A DNA stretch of 64,000 nucleotides from Marsupella aquatica (GCA_973895155.1 OZ316892.1:2421223-2485222), one strand, 5' to 3'. Counted from the stretch's first letter, positions 40,488-53,717 are shown. The notes: generated from the letters alone by a model not told the origin. Program-made: numbers and translations.

Positions 40488-42600
40488 ATGGTGCTCAAAC
40501 GAAAATCATTCGACAGATACGACGGGGAAGATCAAAATGAAGCGGTATATAAAGACGAGCCTGGTGAACAAGTCGGTGTGTAATCTGACTAATTCCTCAT
40601 CTCAAAAGTGCTTCAATTTCATGCAATAGTAATCTGTTTTGCTCCAACCTTGGGTCATTTGTTGAATAATGGTGGATGACTTTTTGGTTTGGATGCAGAT
40701 GTCAAGTCAACATTGTGGAAAGTCTCGGCAGAATATGCAGAGGCAGAATACTCAGAAGAAGAATTCATGGAAACCTGCAGAGACGGTTTGTACTTTAACT
40801 AGTTCCTCGTGCCAAAATGGCGCGAATTCCTCAACGGTGGCACAGCACACCCCGAGACGTACCCGAAGGCAGCAAAAATGCGTCCCTCAATAGATCTGTA
40901 TCAAATTCAAGTTTTCTTCCCCGAAAATCACAATAATTCTCTTTTGAGTTGAACCCCAGCGCAAATTCGTATACAGCGTGTCTCTGCATCCAAAGACCAT
41001 AAAGGTTACAACACTGAGTACCAACAGGTAGTTGTTGACAAGCTTAGTCATATTCTTGCTTCAGAAAAAGAGTTGAATTTGTCAGGAATCAAAGGAGTCA
41101 ATTCGATGAGTACAGTCGCGATGTGTAACACACCATTGGTCTGCAGTAATCAATTGAAAATGCCCGTGCCAGACCCAGCTTATTAACCACTGGTAGTGTT
41201 GCAGGGTCCCCTCCCAGATATGCTCGAATTGATGATCGTCCTGAAGGAAATTTCCACAAGATATATTTGAACAACGAAGACCTGACCGAAATGTTTGAAA
41301 TGGTACCAAAAGTCAAAATGGGACGACTATAGTGTCTCTAGGCTGAGAAGTGCTTACCAAAACTGGACCCTTGCCAATTTTGACATTTCAGGCACTACTG
41401 TTGGGGACGCCAACGCCCTCTCAACTTACGCCACAAAAGATTTGGTACTTTTGGGCTTATTTGTCGAACAAGTCACAGCCCTCAGACAGGCCTGATTGGG
41501 CGAAATAGTAAAAGTCGAAATAGTAAAATTGAAGAACCACCTAGAAAAGCCTCGTTGCGATAGAAGACGCGGATCGAGATTTCGTTGCAGTTGCGGAACT
41601 GCAGTTACTCGAATCCTGATGCATCTCGGTTTTACGGAAGAGGAGCTGAGTCGTGTCACTAAAAAGCAAAGGTAACATTTATATTGATTCCTTCAGCAGA
41701 TGAGCCTCTGTACCTTTTCCAACAATCGAAAAACAAATGATCATGTCCTAATGAACTGCCCGCGGCCAGATCCAAAGGTGGAGTACCCCAGGCGAGTTTT
41801 GCGGGTCCAGGAACCCCTGCCGAGTCTACACGGATTGATCTTCGAGTCAAGGAAGGAGGCCAGACCGCGTCCACGGGAGTCGAGAAATCGATAGCTCAAG
41901 CTTCCGTTCATGGTTTGCAGACTTTGAAGACGTCAGACGAGTCCTTGGATGTCCCGCGTGGCAATTGCAAGCTTGGAAAAGAAATCCATTACTCGAGGAG
42001 AAAGAAACGGTAATCGCAATTTCTTGTGGCTCTTAATTTTAATTTGGGAGCTTCAGCCACTGACCTACCTAATCCAATTTTTTGTATGAGGCATTTTAAA
42101 AGGTAATAATGCCTTTTTCGCAATTGAATTACCTCCTGGCAGCTCCGAAGTTGGAGCACCGCCTGCGAGTTTTACAGCGTGCCGCACAGATACGACATGC
42201 TCATCCAGTTCGGGAGACACAAATACGGAAAGGTATAAATGAGACCACATAGTTTGACATGAATTACCTTCTGCAAATTCTTCTGAAATGTTGACATGTT
42301 GAAAGTAATGAAACTTTTTGCAAATGTGACTCCATGCCAGTTCCGAAGATGGAGTATCCCAAGATTCCTCGGAGGATAGTGGAAGCCAAGACTCCGATCA
42401 AGAGGCCAAAGCACTCAGCTCAGGGAGTAGTAGACAGGTGAGGGTTCATGCACTCAAAGCTCAGGCAATCATCTCAATGTTCTCTAAGTACAAGGCGTCG
42501 TGCGTCATGGTTTATTCTGAGGCTAACAAAAGCTCAATTTGTTCTGACTCACAAAGCCTTCAATTTCGCTGACTAACCTGACGTGCTCCGCCTGCCCAGC
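40488..42600 (+). other. Putative upstream exons of the RING gene, apparently disrupted
   Basis: Splice-compatible pieces MVLKRKSFDRYDGEDQNEAVYKDEPGEQV| and |DVKSTLWKVSAEYAEAEYSEEEFMETCRD|; later segments carry stops and frameshifts. Confidence 0.3.
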
Positions 42601-42602
42601 CG

Positions 42603-43358
42603 GTGGAATCTGGAACCCGACAATCCACAGGGTTCGAAAATACAAGTGGAGGAAGGGTCAATGTACAGGAAAAGTCACGCGAAATTGAGTCCAGGTGGAC
42701 GAAAGCAAAATTTGACGAAAAGAGAAACGAGATACTGGCAATTATTACTTCTATGAACGCACAGAACCAAGACTATGCTGCAGAACTAGCTGAACAGAAA
42801 CAAAAGTCAGATGTGCAGTTCCTCAAATCGAATAACAAGAATATAAGTCTGCAAAATCAGCTCGACCTTTTGCGGACCGAGTGTGACAACAAACTGGCAA
42901 CTTTGCTATCAGAGAAAGAGCTGATCGAAAGGGAAAGAGAGACTGCATTGCTTGAGCTTAAAGTTTTGAGGGAGGACAAAAAGCTAGAGAAAATAAGTCG
43001 GCAAATTCAGCTCCACCTTGTGCGGACCGAATTTGACAACAAACTGGCAACTTCGCTATCACAGAACCACAAGATCGAAAGCGAAAGAGAGACTGCATTG
43101 CTTGAGCTTAAAGCTTTGAGGGAGGAGAAAAAGCTACTGGACACGGCTCATGAGACTATCCAGAAAAATCTCGAAGAAGAGAAAGAGAAGAGTTTATGTC
43201 GCATTTGTCTGGAATCTCGAATAGACACCATCTGTTTACCTTGTCTGCACTTCCAATATTGTTTCTCCTGCTTCGAAACTCACAACAAGCGAACAAGAAC
43301 TTGTCCGACTTGCAGGATGCCCATAAGTGGTGAGCTGAGAGCCCACATTTGGACGTAG
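42603..43358 (+). CDS. Coiled-coil plus C-terminal C3HC4 (IAP/Mdm2-type) RING protein; true start uncertain
   Basis: CRICLESRIDTICLPCLHFQYCFSC..CPTCRMPI; two 50-aa coiled-coil repeats upstream. Confidence 0.75.
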   Translation: MESGTRQSTGFENTSGGRVNVQEKSREIESRWTKAKFDEKRNEILAIITSMNAQNQDYAAELAEQKQKSDVQFLKSNNKNISLQNQLDLLRTECDNKLATLLSEKELIERERETALLELKVLREDKKLEKISRQIQLHLVRTEFDNKLATSLSQNHKIESERETALLELKALREEKKLLDTAHETIQKNLEEEKEKSLCRICLESRIDTICLPCLHFQYCFSCFETHNKRTRTCPTCRMPISGELRAHIWT

Positions 43359-43797
43359 GACGTTCTAGGAAGCCCTTCTCTGGCTAATATTTCAACAGAT
43401 GGTGTTTGCCGCGCTGAATTCCAAGGAGAATGATGTACACTTTGCAATACATCTGCTGTGCTGCGTCCCCTTCACAGGCAGATGCACTGTGCGAAGGTTA
43501 ATGCAGACATGGGTGGGGGAATGTGACTGGCTAGCCCAATGTAACAAGTTGGGCTACCGTGAGTAGTGCTTTTAATGGTGATCAGGAGCACAGAGGAGCA
43601 CATTTGTGTACTCTTCGCTTCGTTTCTCTTTCCCTCGAGACGGTCACAGTTGGTTTGGTGACCTCTGCTATCTGTAGTTGCATTAAATATGTTTCAGGTA
43701 CAGGTTCGTTCGGTACTTCTCGGTTGTGACCGTGGGTTTCTTCATCTGACTCCTCCAAGTGAGATTCTGTTCGGAAATCAGGCGGCATTTGCAAATT

Positions 43798-43909
43798 TTA
43801 GTGAGAAGGGTTGCCAAATGCGAGTTTTGTATGATGACAGGTGAATGTGATGATTTAGTGAGAAGGGTTGCCAAATGCGAGTTTTGTATGATGACAGGTG
43901 AATGTGATG
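43798..43909. repeat. Near-perfect 57-bp tandem duplication
   Basis: ttagtgagaagggttgccaaatgcgagttttgtatgatgacaggtgaatgtgatga occurs twice. Confidence 0.95.
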
Positions 43910-45418
43910 AAGCTTCTCGAGTATCTTCACGGTTGAAGCTCTTCTAACGTAGTTTCAATAATCATTCTGGGTGTCTCTTGTAACGATGCTCCTGTAGCTG
44001 TGCTGAATCTCGCCTTGCACTGGAACATTTCTTCTGCTTTTTTTAGGTTTCTGTTTTCTCTGGAAGAATGCCAAACGGCCAACATCAAAATCAAAAGGAG
44101 GTGAAGGAACATGGAAGGTACAAAAGTTGGATGCGCTATAGACTGTACCACGCCTTACACCTGTAACAGAAACCGACTATCTCGTAGCGTGTCAAGTTTC
44201 TCCACGCGTTGAAGTGTTGGACAGTGTGTTCTCATTGGTTACATGTAACGCAGAAAGATCTCAAATCTGTTGACAGTTGAGACTGAAGACAGTCGTGACA
44301 TCTGTCACAAGTGTCGCAACGGAAATTACCTCACGAAAGTGAATTGTCGGTAGTGCATAATTACTAGCCCCTCGAAAGTGAATTCAATTCAGCACTCGAA
44401 AGATTTATACTGACTCGTTAAATCGTGTGAATCCGCGTGGTGCAAAATTATTTATTCAAGTAATAATGGCAAAATGTATAGTATGATCGCGATCGTTCGT
44501 TTCTGATATGGAAGGCTAAGATGCACCAAAGGCAGTACGATGATCTTTGGGGAAACGAATGAATGTTTATTTAGAGTCATTTATTGGAGGGACTCGTGGC
44601 ACTCAGAAATAGGGCACTGACTTGTTAAGTCGTGGGACGTGGGTTCCAAGAATCCAAGTGGAGAAAGAATATCACCAATGGCGGACCGCAATAAAGTGCA
44701 TTTTTTGGCTATAGAAGCTGGTGGGGATTGGTTTTTCTTGCACCCTAAAAAGGTGACGACTCTGCCATTGACGTGGTGATTTGCTCGCCGCAAGTAAAAT
44801 AATGGGGTATGTGGGCCTTGGTATGTTGTCCGTGTCATGCTGTGCGGCCTGGAAAATTTGGAAATACAACAGAAGAGAAATTCACTATGCTGATGTAAGT
44901 CCAAACTTTTACTTTGATGGGCCCAACTTTGAAATTTTATTTGATTAGCACTAATGTCAGGGTAGGAAAAGCTCCCAGAGTGCCCTACTCACAAGCATAA
45001 TATACAAATAAAATAATTATTTTACTATTGAGATTTCTATTTATAGATTTGCTCTACTAAGTACATTGTTCACCGTAATTAGTGTGAGTAACTCTAATTC
45101 GAGAGCACTCATTTTTTGGGTCTACTCTTTAATTAGTGTTAATCACGCTAATTCCAAGCAAAACACTAATTTTGTGTGCTCCAAATAGTGTTATGTAACA
45201 CTAGTTCATGTGACTTTTCGATTCGTATCGCGCGGAGCCAGAATGACGGGATTTCAAGTGTTCTTGGCAACCACGGTTCTCATCATAGGCTCTTTGTTAG
45301 GGTATTCAATTGTCACTCTCATTCAGGCTAACATTGATTGTGAGCACAATGTGAGCGGAGTTCATGTTAGGTATTGTTCTTAGTTTTGTGACTCTTGAGC
45401 TAACCTTTCTCCTGAGTG

Positions 45419-45452
45419 AAACCCTAAACCCTAAAACCCTAAACCCTAAACC
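45419..45452. repeat. Interstitial plant telomere-type repeat (CCCTAAA)x4
   Basis: aaaccctaaaccctaaaaccctaaaccctaaacc. Confidence 0.85.
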
Positions 45453-45954
45453 GGTGAAGCAGAGTATCTTTCAAGCTCCTCCTCTCGGTGGGAAATTCCG
45501 AGTCCCAAATCCCAAGGGTCCAGCCCAGGTCTCTCCTCCAACCTTACTCAACCCAAAAAGTAGAATATCTGGGACCCCTGGGCCCCCAGTGTTATTAATA
45601 ATGGACCGGACGTGCGAACGGCGGAAGGGTACAATAAATTCAATTTCAAATTAATTTTTATAATCGAATTATAAGCAACAATACCAACTTTTATACGACA
45701 ATCTCTTTATAACTATTCCTGGGCATCCAAAATGCCAGCCAAAATAATTTGCTTGAAGGGGGCCGGGAATATGGCCCGCCACGCGTCATGATGAGATTGG
45801 TCCATGTGGCACTCATTGAGTGGAGTTAAGTTTAACCAATACTTGTGGTGAATAGGATAAGGACTTATGAAAAGTATTTTGGGTTTTGGGGTTTAAGGTG
45901 AAAGGTTTTTGGGGGGTACATTTAAGGGGGGTTTTGGGTGTTTGCGGGGCAAAA

Positions 45955-47746
45955 GTTCAGGGGACCTGAAGACGAATCAACTGCACAGATTTGTTCTGGA
46001 TAAAATCGGCATGCGCTTATCCTCCTGGGCCAATAAACTTTTGTCCTTTTCAGGGCTGACACTTCTGGTGAGACACATTTTACAGGCTATTCCTATTTAC
46101 CACTCCATGATTGTTCCTAAGAGCGTCTGAGGGACTGGCGAAGAAAATGATTGTGCTGTGCTGGGACTTTTTATGGGGATACAACTCGGAGGGGGGCAGG
46201 CGGATCCCTCTTGTTTCATGGGCCAGAATGGCCAGACCTAGGATGGAGGGGGGACTCGGGCTGAAGGACTTCTGCAGCCACTCCGATGCTCTATTATCCA
46301 AATGGTTCACTGGAGCTCTAGATTGCCCGGAGACGGAATGGGCCTCTCTCTTTGCAGAAAATCTAAAACTAGTTAGTTGGATGAATTATAAGTGGATACG
46401 ACGGAACAAGTACTCCTTTCAGGATAAGATGTTGTTATGCAGTCCTTGGTCCTTCAATGGACTGGCATATACTGGAGGACTGTGGAAAGCGTGGGTAAAA
46501 CTTCGTTCCCACCTGATATTTGCACCCACTGTTATGATACCTGGTAGGTGGAATATCATGGACACTATACCCTGTCTCATTGGTTTCCAATCTTGGCCCA
46601 ACACAAATTTTGCTGTGGTCACTGTGCTGTGTGGCCAAATGGACATTAGAGGCATTCAGGATTTATGGTCTGCTGAACGGAATGAGTGGCGTAATCTGAA
46701 TGAGCAACTAGAACACCTTCGAGGCTTTACTTTGCTTGAGAAAACTTGCTGCAGGGAGTTCTTACAGAAGGTCAGTGCTATAGATGGTTGCAAGATGAAC
46801 TATGTTACAGGTTCCCGATGTTGGAGATGGGCTGACAGACCTGATCCTATCAATATTTTTAGGATATCCAATCTGAGGGCGTACATGTTGAATCCCCCCC
46901 CCCCCCCCATTAGAGACTACGAAAGCCTGAATCACACTTGGGGTAGCATGAAAACGGAAGGTGAATGGAATGCAGGGTGGAGTGGACTGTGGCGCTCTGA
47001 CCTTTCCTCCCGTGCTAAGACATTTATTTGGAGAATATTGGCTTCAGGTCTCTTTACCGGTGTGCGAGGCAGGCGCATTGATAAAGGAGAAGGGTACTGT
47101 AAACTGTGTCGTGGAGAAATAGAAACTATCCCCCATCTTTTTGCACAGTGTGCTCATGCCAAGAGATGTTGGTCACTTGCTGCCACTTGTTTTTCAGGGA
47201 CCTTTACTGATTACGCGGATAGACTACTAGATCTACTGATTCTCACAGCAGTGAAGGACCCCAACACAGTAGCCAAACTATTTATTCTCTATCAGATCCT
47301 TTGGTCTTTATGGCAGAGTAGGAATGTGCACATGTTTCAGGCCAATGGCTATAGGACATTTGATCTTCGCTTCATTCTCTCAGAGGCTGCTGACTATGCA
47401 TCGGCGGTGGGCCTGTGTTTACCCCCGAGCGGACGACACACACAATTGTTACGAGTGAAGGAGATCCTTATCCAGGAAAGAATAGTGTGGTTGAACAGCC
47501 GGCAGACTTGGATTACATCTAGATAGGAATTATGTTGGCCAATGGGGAATGCAGTACTTGAGTTCTGCTTTCACATGGCGAGATGTGTGGATCACTATTT
47601 TCGTGGTGGACAGCCTGGTCCCTGGGCTTTCATCGCATGTTGTTGTTTCCGCTCTTCAGGCGGGGTGGTTGATTGTGTGTTGTGCGAAACTTCCTGTTTT
47701 TCCTTGCCACGGGGTTTTCGTGGTCACTAATAAATAAAGAAAAAAC
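45955..47746 (+). mobile_element. 5'-truncated L1-type LINE (RT C-terminal region plus zf-RVT) with 3' UTR and A-rich tail
   Basis: RLSSWANKLLSFSG..LVRHILQAIPIYH, frameshift at ~46120, FLWG..VSWARMARPRMEGGLGLKD, KTFIWRI, CKLCRGEIETIPHLFAQC, LWSLWQSRN; ends taataaataaagaaaaaa. Confidence 0.9.
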
Positions 47747-47764
47747 ATTTCCAAGGAAAGTTCA

Positions 47765-47945
47765 GGGGGAGTACTCAATCCCCAAGGGAGTGAGTCGAAG
47801 GCCCGGGGCAGGGGAGTACTCAATCCCCAAGGGAATGAGTCGAAGGCCCGAGGCAGGGGCGGAGTACTCAATCCTCAAGGGAATGACTTGAAGGCCCGGG
47901 GTCAAAGCAAGTCCAAGGGAGTGTCAAAGTCGGGGTCGAAGGGAA
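47765..47945. repeat. ~45-48-bp minisatellite (3 copies plus a partial) right after the LINE tail
   Basis: ggagtactcaatcc(c)caaggga.tgagtcgaaggcccg(g/a)ggca repeated. Confidence 0.85.
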
Positions 47946-49315
47946 TTAGGGCTCAACTTTGAGCGGCCGGATTCCATGAGTCGAGAGGTTTGGTTTAGGC
48001 TGAAGGAAGTGGAGGCTTGCAGGTTGGCAATGGACCTTGGATGAAGGAAGCTATGGGGCCTGCATGAAATGCTGCGGTTGGAGGCCGGCGCTTGATGCTT
48101 ACAAAAGTGGTGTTTGATGCAAAGCGGGACATTGCAAGGCTGGGAGGCATGCACTGGCGGGACCAACTGCGGGAGGCGCACCTTTTTCAGAGCTTTGTTT
48201 AGGGGTAACTTTCCTTACACTACCCACTGTTTATGTAGAATGATCATACTTTCCATTGTTTATGCTGCTTGCATACACTTTATTAACTATGAAAGCTTGA
48301 AACCTACTGCAAGCTATTGCTCGAGCTACCGTTGATCTGCAAGAAGGGTGAGGCACGGGCTGAGGTGTTGTTGTGGCTATTGTTGATCTGCGCTCAACGT
48401 CATTTGTCTGCTGGTCGTCTGTCGGAAGCCCAGCGGGAAGCCCAGGCATCTGAAAGAGGTCCGACATCTTTGCTTTTTGCATGCTAAGTAAACTTTGTGC
48501 TCTTACTCGGCTCGCTACCTTACTCCGCATAGTACGAGATTTCAAATATTTGGGTATGCATTGCACTTCTCGCTCCACTTTTGACTATGGTCAACTTTGA
48601 GGATCTTGTAGGAGTTCTCTTAGTTAAGATAGGAGTTCTGTAAACACTGAACTTACATGTGTACAGCAGAATGTTTTCTAGAGATAGGTTTATAAGAAAG
48701 TAGTTGTGCAAGCATATATGCTCTTATAGCAAAACAATAGGTACATTTGCAAGCACTATCACATGTGCTAAAGCAAGAGACTACACTATTATATGTGCTA
48801 AAATATAGTGAATCTTCTAGTTAATCTAATTATGTTTCTCCATTCAAACACTCTCTATCTATAATTATTTAGATACCTATTATTTTATTGTATATCTTTC
48901 ATCACTTTTGTATTTTCGCAAAAGTTTATAAAATTTCAAGACCTTTATAAATATGACTAATTGTCAATTTATAATTTTTGCAAGGGGCAATTAAATTCTC
49001 TGAAATTAACTTTTTAAGAATAACAAGAGGTATTTTTATGGATATCCGAAAATAATAAGGGGTATGTGTTAAGGGGTTGTACGCACGTATACCCCTTAAC
49101 TATACAAAGGTTGGGGGCCTAGGGTCTGGGACACTGGGATCACCTCGGTGGATGGGAGGGGTGGGGGGCTCCAAGATTCCCCACTACAGCCTCCCGTGGG
49201 AGTCTGGGCCGTGTCTCAGTCCCAATGCAGGGGCGGATCAAGAAGGCTCCAAGAGTGATGGTTTTCTAGAGTTAGAAAGTCCGTAGCCCCTTGTGTATCC
49301 TCAATCAGCCAACAT

Positions 49316-49665
49316 ATTGTCAGATTATCGTCAATATATTGACCTATCTGCCTGTCCAATTTCCATTTTAGTTATTGTAATGCTCGATCACATTGGGAGT
49401 TGAGCTACAGACAAAAGAATGGAGGCTTCAAGCTGCCCAAAGGGCAACGTGACTCACTGCCCAAAGAAATAGATTTCCTTTAATTTGGTCGGATTGTGGC
49501 TTTGTTACTTTTTGGGTTCAGACGCTTTGCATCCTTTTTTAGTGAAGTTGTTGATTTTTGTCAAATTTTGAAGAGAGAGTGGGTGAGAGAAAGAAACGGA
49601 TGTGGGATTGCGTTACGACACTGGACAGGCAGATAGGCCAAAGGAATTGACGATAATCTGACAAT
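49316..49665. mobile_element. MITE-like element with ~44-bp terminal inverted repeats
   Basis: Left attgtcagattatcgtcaat..ttgacctatctgcctgtcca; right tggacaggcagataggccaa..attgacgataatctgacaat. Confidence 0.75.
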
Positions 49666-52271
49666 CCTGCATCACCGATGCCTTGGAACTAGCGCAGAAT
49701 GAGGCATTGGCAACTACCTTTGCGTAGCCCCGCCCATACTCCAAGAAATCTCAGTTGCCCTTTCCCTCATATGATGGGCTGGATGTCACAACTCCAAGGT
49801 TCTACTACATCTGACACAGAGTCTTTAGTGTCATTACCACTACATCTGTGTTCCTTGGGGTGATCAGATCTAGTGTCTTGAGTCAAATGTTTTCCGCCTG
49901 ATGTTTATAGTAATTTGCAATCTTGTAAGTTTGAATTTTGTGAGCATTGTGTGCTTGGGAAACATCACAGGAAACCCTTCGGAGTTGAAACTCACACCAG
50001 CAAGGAGGTACTTGAATATGTACATAGTGATGTGTACCAGCCCCTACTCCCTCACACTCTGGACGGTTATATTATGTCACGTTCATAGACGATTACTAAT
50101 TGTGGCATAACACTAATTAAAGTGAATAGTGTAGGTCATGAATGGTGGACTTCGATCCCAGTCCCATGCCCCATCCTTAATCACAAACGTAATTTTAATA
50201 AATAATATATATGTCATCGAGGAAAGTATAGTCTATGAATTCTCTTTACATCTAGGTCATGAATGGTAGGTTTCAATGGGGAACTTACTATATGATCCAC
50301 CAGAGTGTATTTTCTTTGTTAGCCTTTTCTACTACTACAACCGATCATAGTGTATTTCAACCCCACTGGAACTATTGCAAGAAATTGGTTGATTTGTTGA
50401 AGTTGGGAAAATCATTCATCTTCAAATGAAACACAATGTTCGACCTGGAAATGTGGATGGACCAAGAACTTTTTGTACCAAACCACCTGAACATTTATAC
50501 CAAAGGAAAGGTAGTTTCTATATACCACATAACATTATGATGGTCCATGGGGGACCCAGATTCACCACGAACCTCATGCCCTAGGGCTTAGTTATTTGCA
50601 TGCCACATTCAAGCACACATGTAACACATTATTGTTAATTGGCAGGTGGAAGTTTTCTCAAGCAGGGCTTGAGCATGCTCAACCATTTCCTAACAACACT
50701 GCCTTATGGCAAAACTTGTAGGATCTGCGGTTTACTAAGCTTCCTCTGGGTTTTTTGATGCAAGGGTTTGCACCCTTCTTTGGCTTCAGCCTTGTCTTAA
50801 TGTAAGGTGGGATGTGCCCCTTCCCCGCGCCTGAGCTATAACCTCAGCTGGGATGGCCATCACAAAAATGATGTTCAGATGGCATGAACAAGTCAAACTG
50901 CTCAACTTTCATACAAAGACAATTTTCAGATCCCATCTGAGGTGAGAGGTTTGGATAGAGATATCAGATTTCTGTCCCTGACCTGCCATAGCACATCATT
51001 GGCTGTCCTAGTGCTATGTTTGCATTTGGTGAACTTTCCCTCCTTGTCTCCCTCCGGCAAGAGTGCACGTACTCATTACATTTGGAGGTCCAAATAGGTG
51101 TGAAGGAAGTGGACTATCGGAGAAACCCTGTCCTTATTCAGGCTGATTAGTTCTGGGAACCCCTTGGTCCTGCTCTTGGATGCTACCCATTTTCATTAGA
51201 TGATAAGAGAAGGGGCCTTCAATTTTTCTAAATGTCAAATCTTTTGTGTGCAAACTAAGGGATTTGGTGAAGCCTACTTTAGGAGAGGGGAGGGGGTTGG
51301 GTTGGTACACAGTTGGTCTACCGATGAAGCTCAAGTCAGAACCTCATTTGCGGATATGAAGACTGCCACCACTGGGCTATACTTCCTGGGATGACTAATG
51401 TACTGAGCAAACTTTGCGATTATAGGTATCTGTGCACCCGAAGTAGCATCAGCCTTTTTTGGGTGGGCAAATAGTCACCAAGAACCTGTCTTAAAATGGA
51501 GCTGATGAACGATAGTCAGGCAAAAATTTGAAAAAATCCTTGCCATTTGCCACCATTTGAGGGTGCACGGTGTGGGAGGGCTTGCCAAAATATATTGCAC
51601 AATTGACTATCAGTAGGGGTCTCAAAGCTGACAATTTGATGGACCTTAACTCCCTAGTTACGGGTTATGAACACAAAAAGTTGTGGATTAAAAAATTCAT
51701 ACTTCATAACTTTTGCCATAAGGATTGGTAGTATACCATGCATCCCATTAGTCACCCTAGAGGTTGGTGAAAGAAAAAGAAAAAAAAGGTGTACAGAACC
51801 TTGTGAAATAATGTTATGACCACTACTTTCGAGCAGAATGCAGTTGTCCCTAATTCCAAAGCTTTGAGACTCCCTCGTAATGCATAACGAGGCTAAACAC
51901 CTTTCCTTAGTGTAAAGTTCCTCCCTTTATTCTAAACCTAGTTGCCACCTGGGGAAATTAAAAAAACAAGAAAACATGGTTGGGTAGCATACCTTCTCAT
52001 GTCTGCACCTTCCTTGTGCAGGCTATCACAGGCAAAAATTGATTGGCGGGACCCAACAGGTACCAATAAATAAGTTCCGAAAGAGTCCTGGTCCAGAATC
52101 TGTCCTCCCATTTGGCCCACAAAGACGCTGCCAAAACTGCCAAACATGTGCCAATACTTAAATCACCAATGGCCATATAAAAAGGAGAACCATCCCTCTT
52201 TTTCACATTCCACTCCTTTTTCACGTCCCTCCACAATTTCAGGAAAAAGTAACTATAAATGGTGAATTCTA

Positions 52272-52515
52272 GTGGATCCAGGTTTTGTCATGGTGGATCC
52301 AGGTTTTGTCATTAAGTGGCTCTTTAAACCTGAGCCTGAAGATACCATGGGTTAAAAAACACACACAACCAACTTGACACTACTGCCAAACAAGGCCCAC
52401 ACTCTAACCCGCGCTAAGAGATCCCATGGGTTAAAAACTACTGCCAGACAAGGGCCACACTGTAACCCGAGTTAGAAGTTCCCACGGGTTAAAACTGGAA
52501 ACCCCTAAACCCTAC
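52272..52515. repeat. Cluster of short tandem repeats upstream of the invertase, ending in a telo-box-like motif
   Basis: gtggatccaggttttgtcat twice; ccatgggttaaaa..ctactgcca.acaagg.ccacact.taacccg about 2.5 times; cccctaaaccctacgtggc. Confidence 0.7.
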
Positions 52516-53717
52516 GTGGCACGAGGCTGCACATTGTGACACAGTGGCACTGTGCAGTACAGGTGTAAAGTAACGTGGTGGAGGAGTGTTGCGAAGGGGA
52601 AGGAAGAACACGACAGTACTCACTCTTCAGCATGAATCAGCCTTCAAATACCGCAACATTCGTTTCTTTACGTTCGATTTCCCTCTCATCTCACTTCCAT
52701 TCGATCCATCATTCGATCCATCACATTAGAGAGTAAGACGACGATCGATTAGCTTCGTATCGCACCTCATTTCACTGCGAAGACGAAAAGACAGAAGAAG
52801 AGGAAAGGTACGCATCGGTTTGTGCGCCTTTCGTGGATTTGGGCCCTTTTGTTTCGTGGCAGTCTTGCGCTCCACGCACTGATTGTGTTTTTCTATTCTA
52901 TCCGTTCTTTTCTTTTCTGGGGCGAACCGTGGCATAGCGTCTGGAGGGAATTGGGCTGGGACATTCTTCCATTGTGGTCAGGGACTTTTGGTGGTGACGT
53001 CTAGAGTGACGCTTTCTTTGTAGGACACGTCTTTTAAACAGCTTGTGCTATTTCCTCGTCTCGTTCTCCTTAGTTTCTTCTCATTGTCTGTTGTTGACTG
53101 GATCTCCAGTTTATCATTAATTAATCAGTTGACGCGGCGGCTGAATTACGCAAGAAGGCTTGTCGGTTGACCTCTGGTGATGACCACGTACAGCGGGTGA
53201 AGCGAGGATACACTGCCGAGTCATTATATAGACAGGGAAACGGATGCAATGCGTGGAAGGCTTGGCTGGAATGTGTATAGCGATTGAGTAGGAGCAAAGG
53301 GAAAGGGAAGGAGCTTACCTGCCTTTGTTGGGCATTCCTCTCTGGTTGTCCTCAATAGAACCTTCCGCAAGTTCGTCGGAGAGACTCGTGGAAACGGCTT
53401 CATCACGCACTGAGCGGAAAGTTCTGAAGATTAAGGGCAGACAGAGAATTCTGTCGTCTGTTCAGGCATTCTCTCTTCAAGCTTTGGCAGCAGAAGTGCA
53501 CTGATCGAGGACTAGGCTCATAGCTAAGTGTGGTTGCATTCAAGAGACATTTTAAGGTTGGCGACTCGGATACCAACGTCGGGGTTCTGGTCCTGCACAC
53601 ATTGTTCGCGACTGATAGGGGATTGATAATCCAAGGTTTTCAAAAGCAGAGGACTTACTGTGTAGGTTTCGTAGAAGATCACACAATATATTTCATATGT
53701 ATCTGGCAGGGGCATTG

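Noticed and set aside
50100-52250. Possible decayed transposase region
   Set aside because: No DDE, SWIM or hAT motif could be identified by eye.
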